A stretch of 64,000 nucleotides of DNA from Blastocatellia bacterium (GTDB lineage Bacteria > Acidobacteriota > Blastocatellia > UBA7656): positions 192,001 through 256,000 of the forward strand of contig CAVXWP010000008.1 of NCBI GenBank assembly GCA_963765495.1, given 5' to 3'. The position numbers and the translations under genes were made by a program. Each line of letters begins with the position of its first letter. Position 1 is the stretch's first letter. Below the pieces are notes generated by a model. That model made no database searches and was not told the origin of the DNA. It worked only from the letters and a program-made list of their open reading frames with translations. Below are positions 1 through 10,166 of this stretch, in pieces.

Positions 1-1
1 G

Positions 2-664
2 GGAACCATAGGCGGAAACCTGCTTCTGGATACGCGCTGCAACTATTACGATCAGAACTACGAATGGCGCAAGGGCATAAATTTCTGCATGAAAAAAGAC
101 GGCGAGATTTGCTGGGTCGCCCCGAGCAGCCCAAAATGCTGGGCCGTGCAATCTTCAGACCTTGTGCCTGTGATGGTGGCGCTTGGCGCAAGAGTGCGGC
201 TGGTTTCGACCCTCGGCGAAAGGATGGTTGACGCGGCGGGGCTCTACAACAACGACGGCATTGATTATCTGCACAAGAGACCCGACGAGATGCTGACTGA
301 AATTCACCTGCCGCCCGCAGGTGGAAAGCGCGCCGTTTATAAAAAGCTTCGCCGACGCGGCGCATTCGATTTCCCCGTGCTTGGTGTAGCCGCCTCGCTC
401 GACGTGGACACGGACGGTATGGTGCGCGAGGCAAAGCTTGTTCTGGGAGGCGTCGCCCCGGCTCCTCTCATAGTAAAAGAGGCCGAAGAATTTTTGATAG
501 GCCGCCCGCTTGACCAGGAGCGGATAAATCAGGCGGCAGAGGCGTGCTACCTGAAGGCGCGCCCCCTGGACAACACCGATTTTCTGATGAACTGGCGCAA
601 GCAGATGACTCGACCTTTCGTTTTGCGCGCGCTGGAAGAAATATACCGTACCGATTCAAAGTGA
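2..664 (+). CDS. FAD-binding subunit of a xanthine-dehydrogenase-family molybdoenzyme, 4-hydroxybenzoyl-CoA reductase beta-like (5' truncated by window)
   Basis: Frame open from nt 2: GTIGGNLLLDTRCNYYDQNYEWRKGINFCMKKDGEICWVAPSSPKCWAVQSSD. This contains TIGGN plus the Cys insert typical of HcrB [4Fe-4S], followed by KLRRRGAFDFP. Confidence 0.85.
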   Translation, partial: GTIGGNLLLDTRCNYYDQNYEWRKGINFCMKKDGEICWVAPSSPKCWAVQSSDLVPVMVALGARVRLVSTLGERMVDAAGLYNNDGIDYLHKRPDEMLTEIHLPPAGGKRAVYKKLRRRGAFDFPVLGVAASLDVDTDGMVREAKLVLGGVAPAPLIVKEAEEFLIGRPLDQERINQAAEACYLKARPLDNTDFLMNWRKQMTRPFVLRALEEIYRTDSK

Positions 665-736
665 AAACGGGTGAAGATGGGAAAGCCTTCCTGTCTTTTC
701 CTCTCTTCACCCTTCGGAACAATGTAGGAGCAGAAA

Positions 737-2411
737 ATGCCGATTACTATCCTGCTCGCTGACTCAAGTGCCACAAACAAGAAGCTGGTCAAACGTACGC
801 TAATAAACGAGGGAATGAGGGTCCTGACGGTTGATGACGGGGAAGCTGCAATCAGGCGGCTGAGCGAAATCCGGCCCGATCTTGTGATCGCCGATATATC
901 TTTGCCCGGAAAGAACGGCTACGAGCTTTGCGAATTTATCAAGAGCGATACTCGGTTGCAGAGCGTGCCGGTCATACTGCTTGCGGGAGCATTCGAGCCT
1001 TTCGACCATTATGAAGCCCGCAGGGTCAGCGCGGACGCTCATCTGATCAAGCCCTCTGAGTCGCGTGTGCTGGTCGAGGTCGTGCGTCGGCTCACCCAGG
1101 AGAAGACCGCGACCGATAAGCCTAGGCAGTACCTCTTATCGCCTTTCAACGTTGAACCCAGGTCTTCTCGAAGCAAACTGGAATCGAAACAACCGGCCGT
1201 CCTTGATCTTAACCTTTCAAGACAGAAAGAACCCGAAGGGCGCGCTTCTGAGGACATAACTCCGGCTCAGGCGACCTCAGAGGGAACGCCAGAATACTTT
1301 GAAAAGTATGAATTGCCGGAGGACGAGCGTCAGGAAAACGGTGGAGAGCAAATCGTCGAGAATCAGAAGGAATCGGCGATTGTCGAACCAGTTATTCTGG
1401 AAGAGAGGTTGCCGACTCCGCGCGAAACCGAGCAAATCGGGCGTCGAGTCATGTGGGCGGCGCTGGCGTTTCTGGTTCTTGCCGTGACGGCAGTATTGCT
1501 CTATCAGGTTATTGCATCCAGGCAGGCGCGATCAGGAAATCTTGCCGAGTCGGTCAATCTGCCGATAACTCTACCGGCTGACCCGGCTCCGATTATTCCC
1601 GGGGGGGAATTGCCACCCCCCCCTGAGAGCGTAACAACAGGCGAGGACATTAAGCCCGAGGATACTAAGCGCGAAGGTGCTACGGTTCTCAGAAGAAACC
1701 TCGCCTGTCGTGCCTGCTGCTGACGATAAGCCCGCAGCAGACACGAAATCGTCTGTTGATGCAGGCAGGCGGGGCGAGACATCGGCGAAAAAATCGCGCG
1801 CGCGCGCCGTTGCAAGGGTAAAAGAAGCGCCCGCGCGTGCGCCGCGCCAGCCGGAATCCAGAGGGCTTGCAGTAAGGATTGCCCGCGCGCTCGATCTGGA
1901 AAACCGGGGAATGCTCGAACAGGCCGAGGCGCAGTATCGCTCTATTCTCAAGGATTTTCCTAACGACCCGACCACAAGATTTTCTCTCAACCGGGTGAGG
2001 AAAAGGCTCTCGACTCGACGCGAGCAACAGAACAAAGATATCAGATTGCTGCGCGAGGCGGGGTTGAGCAAGTTCAGGAGAGGCGATTATTCGGGAGCCG
2101 TAAACGATCTTTCAATCGCGGCGAAAGCCGGTCTGACAGACACGTCTGTGCTCTACGCGCTCGGAATGGCATACCTGAAAACGGGCCGTCTGGCCGAAGC
2201 GCAGTCGGCCCTGAATAGTTGTCTTGCGGCCACGCCAAATTATGCGCCCGCTATCGTAGGGCTTGCGCAGGTTAAGGCGCGCGCGGGCAGAAATGATCAG
2301 GCAGTTGCATTGCTCAGACACGCGCTCGTGCTGGGCGGCGGGGCCGAATATTCGCCTGACCGAATAAGAGAGATGATCTCGCACCTTGCGTCCAATCAAC
2401 AGGTGCGCTGA
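737..2411 (+). pseudogene. Response regulator (REC) - linker - TM - TPR protein, split by an apparent frameshift near 1688
   Basis: ORF 737-1723 has REC (ILLADSS..PDLVIAD..GYELC..LIKP), a TM segment and a Pro-rich linker. Overlapping ORF 1677-2411 continues the linker into TPRs. The second frame is open only from 1635. Confidence 0.65.
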
Positions 2412-2432
2412 TCCTTACTAATTTGAGATTTG

Positions 2433-2776
2433 AAATGATGCGTGATGCGTGACTTCAAGGAAACCTGCCTGTTAAAGATAATGTGCAAGGCCAGCAGGTC
2501 ATACCAAATCTTTTCAGATGACGACGTTTGACATTCGAATTCGTAAAATCATAATGATTTTCATCACGCAGGTTAGAATACTTGAAATAGGCCGGGACGG
2601 CCGCGGATGCGGCGGATTAGCGCGGATTAGACCTTATATGATCAGATCCGCGTAGATCCGCCGCATCCGCGGCCGTCCCGGCCTATTAAGGCAAGCCTCC
2701 CGTTCAAATTATGGGGCTATGTGATCTTTATCATCTCTATCTGGATAGATTTGGTATCACGCATCACGCATCATTT
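2433..2776. repeat. Nested inverted-repeat element between convergent genes
   Basis: Perfect 20-bp IR 2433-2452/2757-2776 (AAATGATGCGTGATGCGTGA); 17/19 IR 2501-2519/2739-2757; perfect 32-bp IR 2586-2617/2656-2687. Confidence 0.9.
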
Positions 2777-2798
2777 GCGCTTTCCAGAGGCGTCTGAT

Positions 2799-4040
2799 CT
2801 ATTCGTATCGCAGGGCTTCAATCGGGTCGAGGCGGGCCGCCTTCATCGCGGGCCACAATCCGAATATAAGTCCGATGCTTGCCGATACGCTCAACCCCAT
2901 AACGGGAGCCCAGGTTGGAACATAGACCGGCAAGATCATGTTTATAAGAAGGCTGAGCAGCCAGCCTATCAGGATGCCAAGCAATCCGCCCGCGCCCGTA
3001 AGCGCCATGGCTTCGATCAGGAATTGCCAGAGTATGTCGCGGCGGCGCGCACCAATCGCCTTGCGCACGCCTATCTCTTTTGTGCGTTCTGTTACCGATA
3101 CGAGCATGATGTTCATAACGCCGATTCCGCCTATTAGAAGACCGACGCTTGAGATCGCAAACATCAACAAGGCTATCCCGCCCGTGATCTGATGGAACTG
3201 TTCGGTGATCGCATCTGGCGAAGATAATCCGAAATTGTCGTCGGCGTTGAAAGGGACCTCGCGGCGGCGGCGCAAAAGCTGGCGCACTTCATCCATAGCC
3301 TGATTCATCTTTCCGTCCTGGGACTGCGCCATTACGAAATGATCCTTCTCCTGCGGGTACATCTTCTTCATCGACTCGTAGGGGACATATACGGCGCGAT
3401 TCTGATTGCCGCCGTCGTTTTCACCCATAAAGAACGAGTCCTGTTTTTGAAGCACGCCGATTACCCTAAAAGGCTTGTCGTTTACAAGAATCTCTTTATC
3501 GAGCGCCTGAATGTGCGGAAAGAATTTGTCGGCAATGTCTGCGCCTATGACGCAGACCTCCGAGCGGTGCTGATTTTCGATCTCGGTAAAGAACCGCCCT
3601 TCGGCCACGTCTACCGATGCCATGCGCTCATAAATCGGCAGGGTGCCCTGCACTTGAGTCACATAAAGCTCCTGTTCCTGATATCGCACCTTCGAGACAT
3701 CATCGGGGCTGAGAAAGGGGGCTACATACTTGACCGAAGGGCATTGTTCCTGGATGGCAACTGCGTCTTCGTATGTGATGGGCTTTCGCATGCGTTCTTC
3801 GCGCGAGAGGCGGCCTGTGTGGATGCCCGGGTTGAATTTGTATATAAAGATTGTATTGGTGCCGAAGACCTCTATGTCCTGTTGAAACTTCTTATCCAGA
3901 CCGGCAATAAAGGCGGCGATGACCATCACGGTCACAGTGCCTATTACCACGCCCAGCACCGTCAAAAAAGAGCGGAACTTGTGCGCCCGAAGCGTTGCGA
4001 GCGCCATACGGATGCTTTCGCTCATGTCCTGCCGTTTCAT
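2799..4040 (-). CDS. MacB/FtsX-family ABC transporter permease
   Basis: RSFLTVLGVVIG, GGIGVMNIMLVSVTERTKEIGVRKAIGA, AARLDPIEALRYE. Confidence 0.92.
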   Translation of the reverse strand: MKRQDMSESIRMALATLRAHKFRSFLTVLGVVIGTVTVMVIAAFIAGLDKKFQQDIEVFGTNTIFIYKFNPGIHTGRLSREERMRKPITYEDAVAIQEQCPSVKYVAPFLSPDDVSKVRYQEQELYVTQVQGTLPIYERMASVDVAEGRFFTEIENQHRSEVCVIGADIADKFFPHIQALDKEILVNDKPFRVIGVLQKQDSFFMGENDGGNQNRAVYVPYESMKKMYPQEKDHFVMAQSQDGKMNQAMDEVRQLLRRRREVPFNADDNFGLSSPDAITEQFHQITGGIALLMFAISSVGLLIGGIGVMNIMLVSVTERTKEIGVRKAIGARRRDILWQFLIEAMALTGAGGLLGILIGWLLSLLINMILPVYVPTWAPVMGLSVSASIGLIFGLWPAMKAARLDPIEALRYE

Positions 4041-4083
4041 AATAATTCCTGGTCCTCTTAATTATATTCTAACGAGCGGCGCA

Positions 4084-5304
4084 TCAATCGGCCCTGAGCG
4101 CCTCTATCGGATCGAGTTTTGCGGCTTTCCACGCCGGATAGATGCCGAAAAACAGCCCGATGCTTGCCGAAACCGTCAGCGCAATGATCGTCCAGGCGAT
4201 TGGCAGTGCCGTGGGCAAAGAGAAAAAAATGGTCCCAAGTTTGGCCAGCCCCCAGGCGAGAGCCACACCCACGCAGCCGCCGAAGAGCGAAAGCATGGTG
4301 GATTCGGCCAGAAACTGTTTGAGAATATCGAAGCGGCGCGCGCCCAGACTTTTGCGAATCCCGATTTCGCGGGTTCGCTCCGTGACCGACACCAGCATCA
4401 TATTCATAATCACTATGCCGCCCACGACCAGCGCGATTGAAGTCACCCCGACCGTGACTATCGAAACGGTCCCGAAAATCTGCTCGCGCAGGTTGTTGAT
4501 AGCATCCGAAGTGATGATGCCGAAATTGTCTTCGTCGTGATAATCCAGATGTCTGCGCCCGCGAAGAATCACCCGCACTTCGTCTTGCGCTCGATCAATT
4601 ACTTCCGGCCCCGTGGCGGCCACTTTCAATGAAAGCGAGCCCCGCGAGCCATATATTTTCTGATATGTCGAGATCGGTATGATGACAAAATTATCCTGCG
4701 GATTGCCAAAGATCGTGCCGATCTCAGTTGCGACCCCGATTATGCGAAAGGGGCGTCCGTCCACTTTGATCTCTCTGCCAATCGGGTCAACCACAGGGAA
4801 GAACTGGCTCACTATCCCGTAGCCAACGAAACAGACATAGCTGTCCTGATTCTCTTCTTCCTGACTTATATAGCGCCCCGTCTCAACCTTGACCGTATCG
4901 ATGTCTACCATGTTGTGAGAGACGCCGCGCAGTTGAATCTCTTCCAGCGAATTGGTCCCGTACTTAACATCGGCTCGCCGGTTGGCCATCGCCGCCGCGT
5001 CTTTCACATAGACGGGATGCTCTTTGATGGCTTCCAGGTCTTCCATCTTAATGTCCTTGTTACGCTTGTTCTTTTCGAGATATTCCTGGAGGCTCGTGAT
5101 CATACCGAGCTTGTTTACAACGAAGGCGTTTGAGCCGAGATCGGCAATCTTTTCGTCTACGTAGTGATTGAATCCTTCTATCAAAGAGACGACTACGATG
5201 ACCGTGGCTACGCCGAAGATAATACCGAGCAGAGTGAGAAAAGAACGAAGTTTATGCGCTCTTATCGCGCTAAAAGCCAGCCTTAATGCTTCACGAAATT
5301 TCAT
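4084..5304 (-). CDS. MacB/FtsX-family ABC transporter permease
   Basis: RSFLTLLGIIFG, MNMMLVSVTERTREIGIRKSLGA, AAKLDPIEALRAD. Confidence 0.92.
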   Translation of the reverse strand: MKFREALRLAFSAIRAHKLRSFLTLLGIIFGVATVIVVVSLIEGFNHYVDEKIADLGSNAFVVNKLGMITSLQEYLEKNKRNKDIKMEDLEAIKEHPVYVKDAAAMANRRADVKYGTNSLEEIQLRGVSHNMVDIDTVKVETGRYISQEEENQDSYVCFVGYGIVSQFFPVVDPIGREIKVDGRPFRIIGVATEIGTIFGNPQDNFVIIPISTYQKIYGSRGSLSLKVAATGPEVIDRAQDEVRVILRGRRHLDYHDEDNFGIITSDAINNLREQIFGTVSIVTVGVTSIALVVGGIVIMNMMLVSVTERTREIGIRKSLGARRFDILKQFLAESTMLSLFGGCVGVALAWGLAKLGTIFFSLPTALPIAWTIIALTVSASIGLFFGIYPAWKAAKLDPIEALRAD

Positions 5305-5544
5305 AACTATTAATCCGTAACGGGGTTAGAATGCGAAAACGCCAATCAGGTTGCCCCATTTCTAAACGACTATCGGCCTGGATAAGTTCAGTATTGTACG
5401 CATGCCAAATGCGGTCTCTTCACAAGCGCAATTTTGCTCTCCGAGAAACCAGCGATCACTAAAAAAGTATGAAATTTCAGATTCGAAATCTCAGGTGTGG
5501 ACGGGCGAAAGAGTCTATTTCCCCAGCGTACTTGACATAAAAGC

Positions 5545-5573
5545 TTGATTATCTCAAGCATGGCTCATATAAA
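5545..5573 (+). promoter_or_regulatory. Putative sigma-70 promoter for the kinase operon
   Basis: TTGATT(5545)-N17-TATAAA(5568). Confidence 0.4.
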
Positions 5574-5805
5574 TTTACGGGTCGCAGAGTCTGAGCGTGG
5601 CCGCCCCGAAGCAGACGCATCCGGTTATCGAGACCTGCACAGGCTTTGCAATCACGCGCGGCTCACCTTTCAACGTGAGATGAGAATATTGAGGCCCGCG
5701 AGATACGCCGGATATTGAGAGAGAATTCCCGGCCTATTCCGCATATTTACGGGGCCGCTAACTATTCCTTCTTTACCAGTGCAGGACATAGACAGGTTTG
5801 GAGAT

Positions 5806-8800
5806 ATGACTACGACCCTCTCGCATTATCGCGTGTTAGAGCGGCTCGGCGGCGGCGCGATGGGCGAAGTCTACAAGGCGGAAGACCTCAGATTGAAGCG
5901 AATGGTAGCCTTGAAGTTCCTCTCACCCCGATCAGCCTCCGACGGGCAATATCCCCGGCGATTCGTGGAAGAGGCGCAGCGCGCAGCCTCGCTCAATCAC
6001 CCCAGCATAGCTACTATTTATGAACTCGGCCGGGAGGGGGATCTGCTCTACATAGCGATGGAGTTTATCGAAGGAGAGAGTCTGGCGCAAAGAATCACGC
6101 GGGAAAGGATGGAAATTAGCGAGATCGTCGATATTGCCATCCAGTCGGCGGAAGCCCTGAGAGTCGCGCACGAACACGGGTGTATTCATTGTGATATCAA
6201 AAGCTCCAACATTATGCTTACCTTCGATGGTGCGGTAAAGGTGCTCGATTTCGGATTGGCCAGGATGGCGCAGGCTGACACCGAAGAGACTCTCGATCCC
6301 GCCCTAGTGGGCATCTGCGAACTGGCAGGCACACCGTCTTACATGTCGCCCGAACAGGCGCGAGGCGAATCGCTTGACCTGCGAACAGACCTCTTTTCAC
6401 TTGGAGTCGTTCTGTTCGAAATGATCACATCTCGACTGCCGTTTGAGGGTGAGAGTCACGCCAGGATTCTTCGCGCCGTTCTCGATCAGGATACGCCTCC
6501 GCTTGGGAACTTTCGAGAAGACGTGCCTCTGGAACTGGAAGCGATAGTCAGACGAGCGGTTGAGAAGAATCGACAAGGACGCTACGCTTCGGCCAAAGAG
6601 ATGATGTCGGACCTCAAACGCCTGAGAGACCGGCTTGAGCCTCCGGCCTACGGCAAATTCGTTCCCGGCAAAGAGCGGGTCGCGCAGTTCGATTTTGTGG
6701 AGAGCGAAATTCCCGAAAGCGCCCCGCACCTGAAATCGCGGGATCAGCTTGACCCGATCAGGCGCTATCGGAGGTGGATTGTGGGGCTCAGCGTTTTCGC
6801 TCTGCTGGCTGCCGCGCTCGACTTCATATTAATCCGGCCCCAGGGCCTTTATCGCTTGAGAGATGCCCTGCTGCTGTTGATCGGTTTTCTGGGTTATGCA
6901 GTCTACAGGAGGCTCAATATTGGGGCTATGAGGCCCGTCCATCGGGCGACAGGAGGGACGGCCTTTCGGGGCTTGCTGCCGTTTCAGGAGGCCGACAGAA
7001 ACCGCTTCTACGGCCGAGAGGCTGAAACGGCGGCGCTGTTTGAGTTGATCACTCACACGGATTTTCGTTTTGGCGTGTTGTATGGAGATTCGGGCAGTGG
7101 CAAGACCTCGCTTATCCGCGCCGCACTGTTGCCCAGACTCTGGGAAGAGGGTTATGTGCCTCTTTACTGCCGGTCCTATAAAGACCCGCTTGCTGCGCTT
7201 CTGGAAGAGTGTCGCAGGCAGAGCGGGGTTGAGACGGGCGAAGGCGAGCCGGTGGTCTCATATCTTCGCAGGGTCGCCTACGAACTCGATGCAAGGCTTG
7301 TGGTCATCTGCGACCAGTTTGAAGAATTCTTCGTGAACTTCAAGACGAGCAAAGAGCGCCACCCGTTCGTAGAGGTGGTTGCCCGATGTCTATCCGCTGG
7401 TGATATGCCGGTCAAGTTTCTCTTCTCGATGCGGTCGGATTTTCTTTATCTGATCGGCGCGGAATTCGATCCCCTTGTGGTCGAGCCTCTGGCAAGCTCG
7501 CGCCGCTTTCATCTGCGCAACTTCGATGAAGACCAGGCGGCAAACATAATTGCAAAGTCGGTTCGGAGAGTGGGTCTGCCCTTTGAACCGGGTCTCAGTC
7601 ATCAGGTGGCGCGCGATCTGGCTGTGAGCGATGTCGTTTTGCCTTCCGAGCTTCAGATAGTAGGGGAGCGGTTGCAGAGCAAACGGATATATACGGTTGC
7701 GGCGTACAGGCGAGCGGGCGGCAAAGAGCAACTCGTGCACGGCTTTCTGGAAGATGTCGTACAGACTTCGAGGGATGTGGAAGCCGCGAAACTGTTATTG
7801 CGCAGCCTGATCTCGGATGAGAATACGCGACTCACACTGCCGCTTGACGAGATCGCCAGACGAACGCAACGCAGCGAAGCTTCGATTGAGCGATTGCTCG
7901 ATCATTTCGTCGAGTCTCGGCTAATACGCGCGATACAGGACGAGACTCCCTGGCGCTATGAATTGATGCACGAATACCTGATCGAAAGGATAAACCGCAT
8001 AACGGGCAGGGTGATGGACGCGACTCAGCGCGCCAACCGCCTCTTGCGGCAGTACGTCTCGGATCACTCGGTAGACAGAGGGGCTCTTATACCAATCAGT
8101 AAAGTCTGGTTTATTCGAAGGTATTCGGACATAGAGAAGGGCGAGCGCGAGCGCAAGTTATTGAGAAAGAGTCTGGTCCGAGGCGGGCTGAAGTCTATAC
8201 TTCTTATTCTGCTGTTGATCGCGGCGGCGACTGCCGCAGCGGCTGCGCTTTCGATAAGAGAAGAGTGGGAGGGAACTCGTTTGAGCGACGGCCACACGGC
8301 TGCTGTTCGGCAAGCGGCCTTCTCGCCCGACGGCAGGTTGCTTGTCTCCGTAGGCGAAGACGCGAAGGTGATCGTATGGGATTTCGCTTCGCGCGAGCAG
8401 CTTGCCACTTTCACAGATCACACGGGATGGATATACACCGTAGCCTTCTCGCCCGACGGCAGATGGTTTGCGACCGGAGGCGCTGACCAAACGGTAATCG
8501 TCTGGGATGCGCGGCGATTGCAAAAAGTGACGACCTTGCGCGGGCACACGGCCACGGTCGCTGCCGTCGCGTTTTCGCCTGACGGTCGGCTGCTGGCTAC
8601 CTCGGGCACAGGCGACTCAACGATAATCTGGAAGGTGGGAGAGTGGCAAAAGCTTCTTATGCTATCCCCTACCGTGTTTGCCGATGGACGTGTGATATTT
8701 ACCTCCGACAGTCGCCAACTCGTATCTTCTATGGGAGAGGTATGGGATGTGACTACGGGGAGGAAAGAGCCAACCAGTTTTGAGGACGGAAACTGGTTCG

Positions 8801-10023
8801 CCCGTTCGCCCGATCAATCGCGCAGCGTAATCATAGGAGGCTCAGGCGTGGTCTATTTCGAAGACCTGATTCATAAGAAGATCACCGGAACCTATCGCGC
8901 TCATCAAGACAACGGGCGCGGCGCGGCCTTCTCGCCTGACGGTAAACTCGTCGCTACGGCCGCCGAAAACATCATCCTCTGGGATGCGGCTACGGAGACC
9001 AAAGTCGCGCGACTCGAACATGCGGCCATTGTCTGGAACGTGAATTTTTCGCCCGACGGGCGCTGGCTTGTCTCGACGCACGGAGACGGGGCCATACTGC
9101 TGTGGGACGTGGCCGAGCGCGTGCTTGTCGCCAATTTCAACGAGCACAGCGGTCCGGTCCGAACGGTTGCCTACTCGCCTGACGGAAAGCGTCTGGCATC
9201 GGCAGGAGAAGACGATTCGATAATACTCTGGAATCCTGAAACGAGGCGAAAGGAAGCCACGCTCGTCGGGCACGGAACGCGGGTGACGGCGGTGGCCTTC
9301 TCGCCCGACGGGAAATGGATGGCATCCTGCGATCAGGACGCTTTAATCATCCTGTGGGACATCGATCAGCGCAAGCTCATTTGGGGTCACACGCAAACCG
9401 ACGAAATCGGAATCAATACGACTTGCTATTGCATAGCCTTTTCGCCCGATGGTCGCTACCTGGCAACAAGCAACACTGTATTAGAGAGCGAGACGGGCCG
9501 AGTGGTAGCTCGATTCCTGGAGGGAAGCACCGTTTACGGAGTGGCCTTTTCTCCGGATGGGCGCAGACTTGCTCGCCTGTCATACCGCGGATATATATCC
9601 CTGTTGAATACCGCCGACTGGCAGGAAGCCTACAGGCAGGAGGTGCGCGGGACGCAATTGATCAATGTAAGCTATTCGCCCGACTCAAGGCGGCTGGTGA
9701 CGGGCGAAAGCGAAGGCAATATACGTTTGTGGGAAACCGAGCCTCTACGTCAGGTTGGAGTGATCGGGCGGCACTCGGCGCGAGTAAAATCGGTAGCCTT
9801 CTCGCCCGACGGTCGCCATCTGGCATCGGCTGGCGACGATCAGACAATCGCCTTGTGGGATGTGGACGGCCCGGGCCTCGTCACCCGCATAGGATCACAT
9901 ACCGCGCCCGTGCTCTCGGTAGCCTTCTCGCCCGACGGGCGGCATCTGGTTTCGGGCGAGCACGATAAATCGGTCCGCGTCTATACCCGACACCGCACGC
10001 TCTGGGGATTCGAGTTGGATTGA
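5806..10023 (+). CDS. Ser/Thr protein kinase - TM - STAND NTPase (nSTAND1-like) - WD40 beta-propeller protein
   Basis: Kinase motifs LGGGAMGEVY, VALK, IHCDIKSSN, DFG, GTPSYMSPE; Walker A YGDSGSGKTS; Walker B VVICDQFEE; many GH..V..VAFSPDG..WD repeats. Start at ATG 5806 or GTG 5779. Confidence 0.9.
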   Translation: MTTTLSHYRVLERLGGGAMGEVYKAEDLRLKRMVALKFLSPRSASDGQYPRRFVEEAQRAASLNHPSIATIYELGREGDLLYIAMEFIEGESLAQRITRERMEISEIVDIAIQSAEALRVAHEHGCIHCDIKSSNIMLTFDGAVKVLDFGLARMAQADTEETLDPALVGICELAGTPSYMSPEQARGESLDLRTDLFSLGVVLFEMITSRLPFEGESHARILRAVLDQDTPPLGNFREDVPLELEAIVRRAVEKNRQGRYASAKEMMSDLKRLRDRLEPPAYGKFVPGKERVAQFDFVESEIPESAPHLKSRDQLDPIRRYRRWIVGLSVFALLAAALDFILIRPQGLYRLRDALLLLIGFLGYAVYRRLNIGAMRPVHRATGGTAFRGLLPFQEADRNRFYGREAETAALFELITHTDFRFGVLYGDSGSGKTSLIRAALLPRLWEEGYVPLYCRSYKDPLAALLEECRRQSGVETGEGEPVVSYLRRVAYELDARLVVICDQFEEFFVNFKTSKERHPFVEVVARCLSAGDMPVKFLFSMRSDFLYLIGAEFDPLVVEPLASSRRFHLRNFDEDQAANIIAKSVRRVGLPFEPGLSHQVARDLAVSDVVLPSELQIVGERLQSKRIYTVAAYRRAGGKEQLVHGFLEDVVQTSRDVEAAKLLLRSLISDENTRLTLPLDEIARRTQRSEASIERLLDHFVESRLIRAIQDETPWRYELMHEYLIERINRITGRVMDATQRANRLLRQYVSDHSVDRGALIPISKVWFIRRYSDIEKGERERKLLRKSLVRGGLKSILLILLLIAAATAAAAALSIREEWEGTRLSDGHTAAVRQAAFSPDGRLLVSVGEDAKVIVWDFASREQLATFTDHTGWIYTVAFSPDGRWFATGGADQTVIVWDARRLQKVTTLRGHTATVAAVAFSPDGRLLATSGTGDSTIIWKVGEWQKLLMLSPTVFADGRVIFTSDSRQLVSSMGEVWDVTTGRKEPTSFEDGNWFARSPDQSRSVIIGGSGVVYFEDLIHKKITGTYRAHQDNGRGAAFSPDGKLVATAAENIILWDAATETKVARLEHAAIVWNVNFSPDGRWLVSTHGDGAILLWDVAERVLVANFNEHSGPVRTVAYSPDGKRLASAGEDDSIILWNPETRRKEATLVGHGTRVTAVAFSPDGKWMASCDQDALIILWDIDQRKLIWGHTQTDEIGINTTCYCIAFSPDGRYLATSNTVLESETGRVVARFLEGSTVYGVAFSPDGRRLARLSYRGYISLLNTADWQEAYRQEVRGTQLINVSYSPDSRRLVTGESEGNIRLWETEPLRQVGVIGRHSARVKSVAFSPDGRHLASAGDDQTIALWDVDGPGLVTRIGSHTAPVLSVAFSPDGRHLVSGEHDKSVRVYTRHRTLWGFELD

Positions 10024-10028
10024 TTTTT

Positions 10029-10139
10029 GATGATGCGTTATTCGAGATGCGTGATACGTGATTTCTGAAATAAGCACTTGACTGTTAACAGCCATCCGCC
10101 TGGAACTCACGCATCACTCTTCACGCATCACGCGTCATC
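10029..10139. repeat. Imperfect palindrome built from TGATGCG/CGCATCA heptamers
   Basis: GATGCGTGATACGTGA ... TCACGCATCACGCGTCATC; same unit as at 2433 and 26846. Confidence 0.75.
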
Positions 10140-10166
10140 TTCCGGCTGACTCCCGATGGGGTTAAG

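Noticed and set aside
5578-5710. Possible 6S or other ncRNA after the sigma-70-like promoter
   Set aside because: Only short end-pairing (CGGGTC/GGCCCG) and no recognisable conserved 6S motifs; needs cmscan.
8290-9960. Recurring GCCTTCTCGCCCGACGG as DGR TR/VR or a DNA repeat
   Set aside because: It encodes the AFSPDG of WD40 repeats. There is no adenine-specific long repeat pair and no intact RT.
5806-10023. Avs-type antiphage STAND system
   Set aside because: It has WD40 rather than TPR sensors, TM segments and no nuclease effector, and its regulatory context favours signalling. Defence is not excluded.
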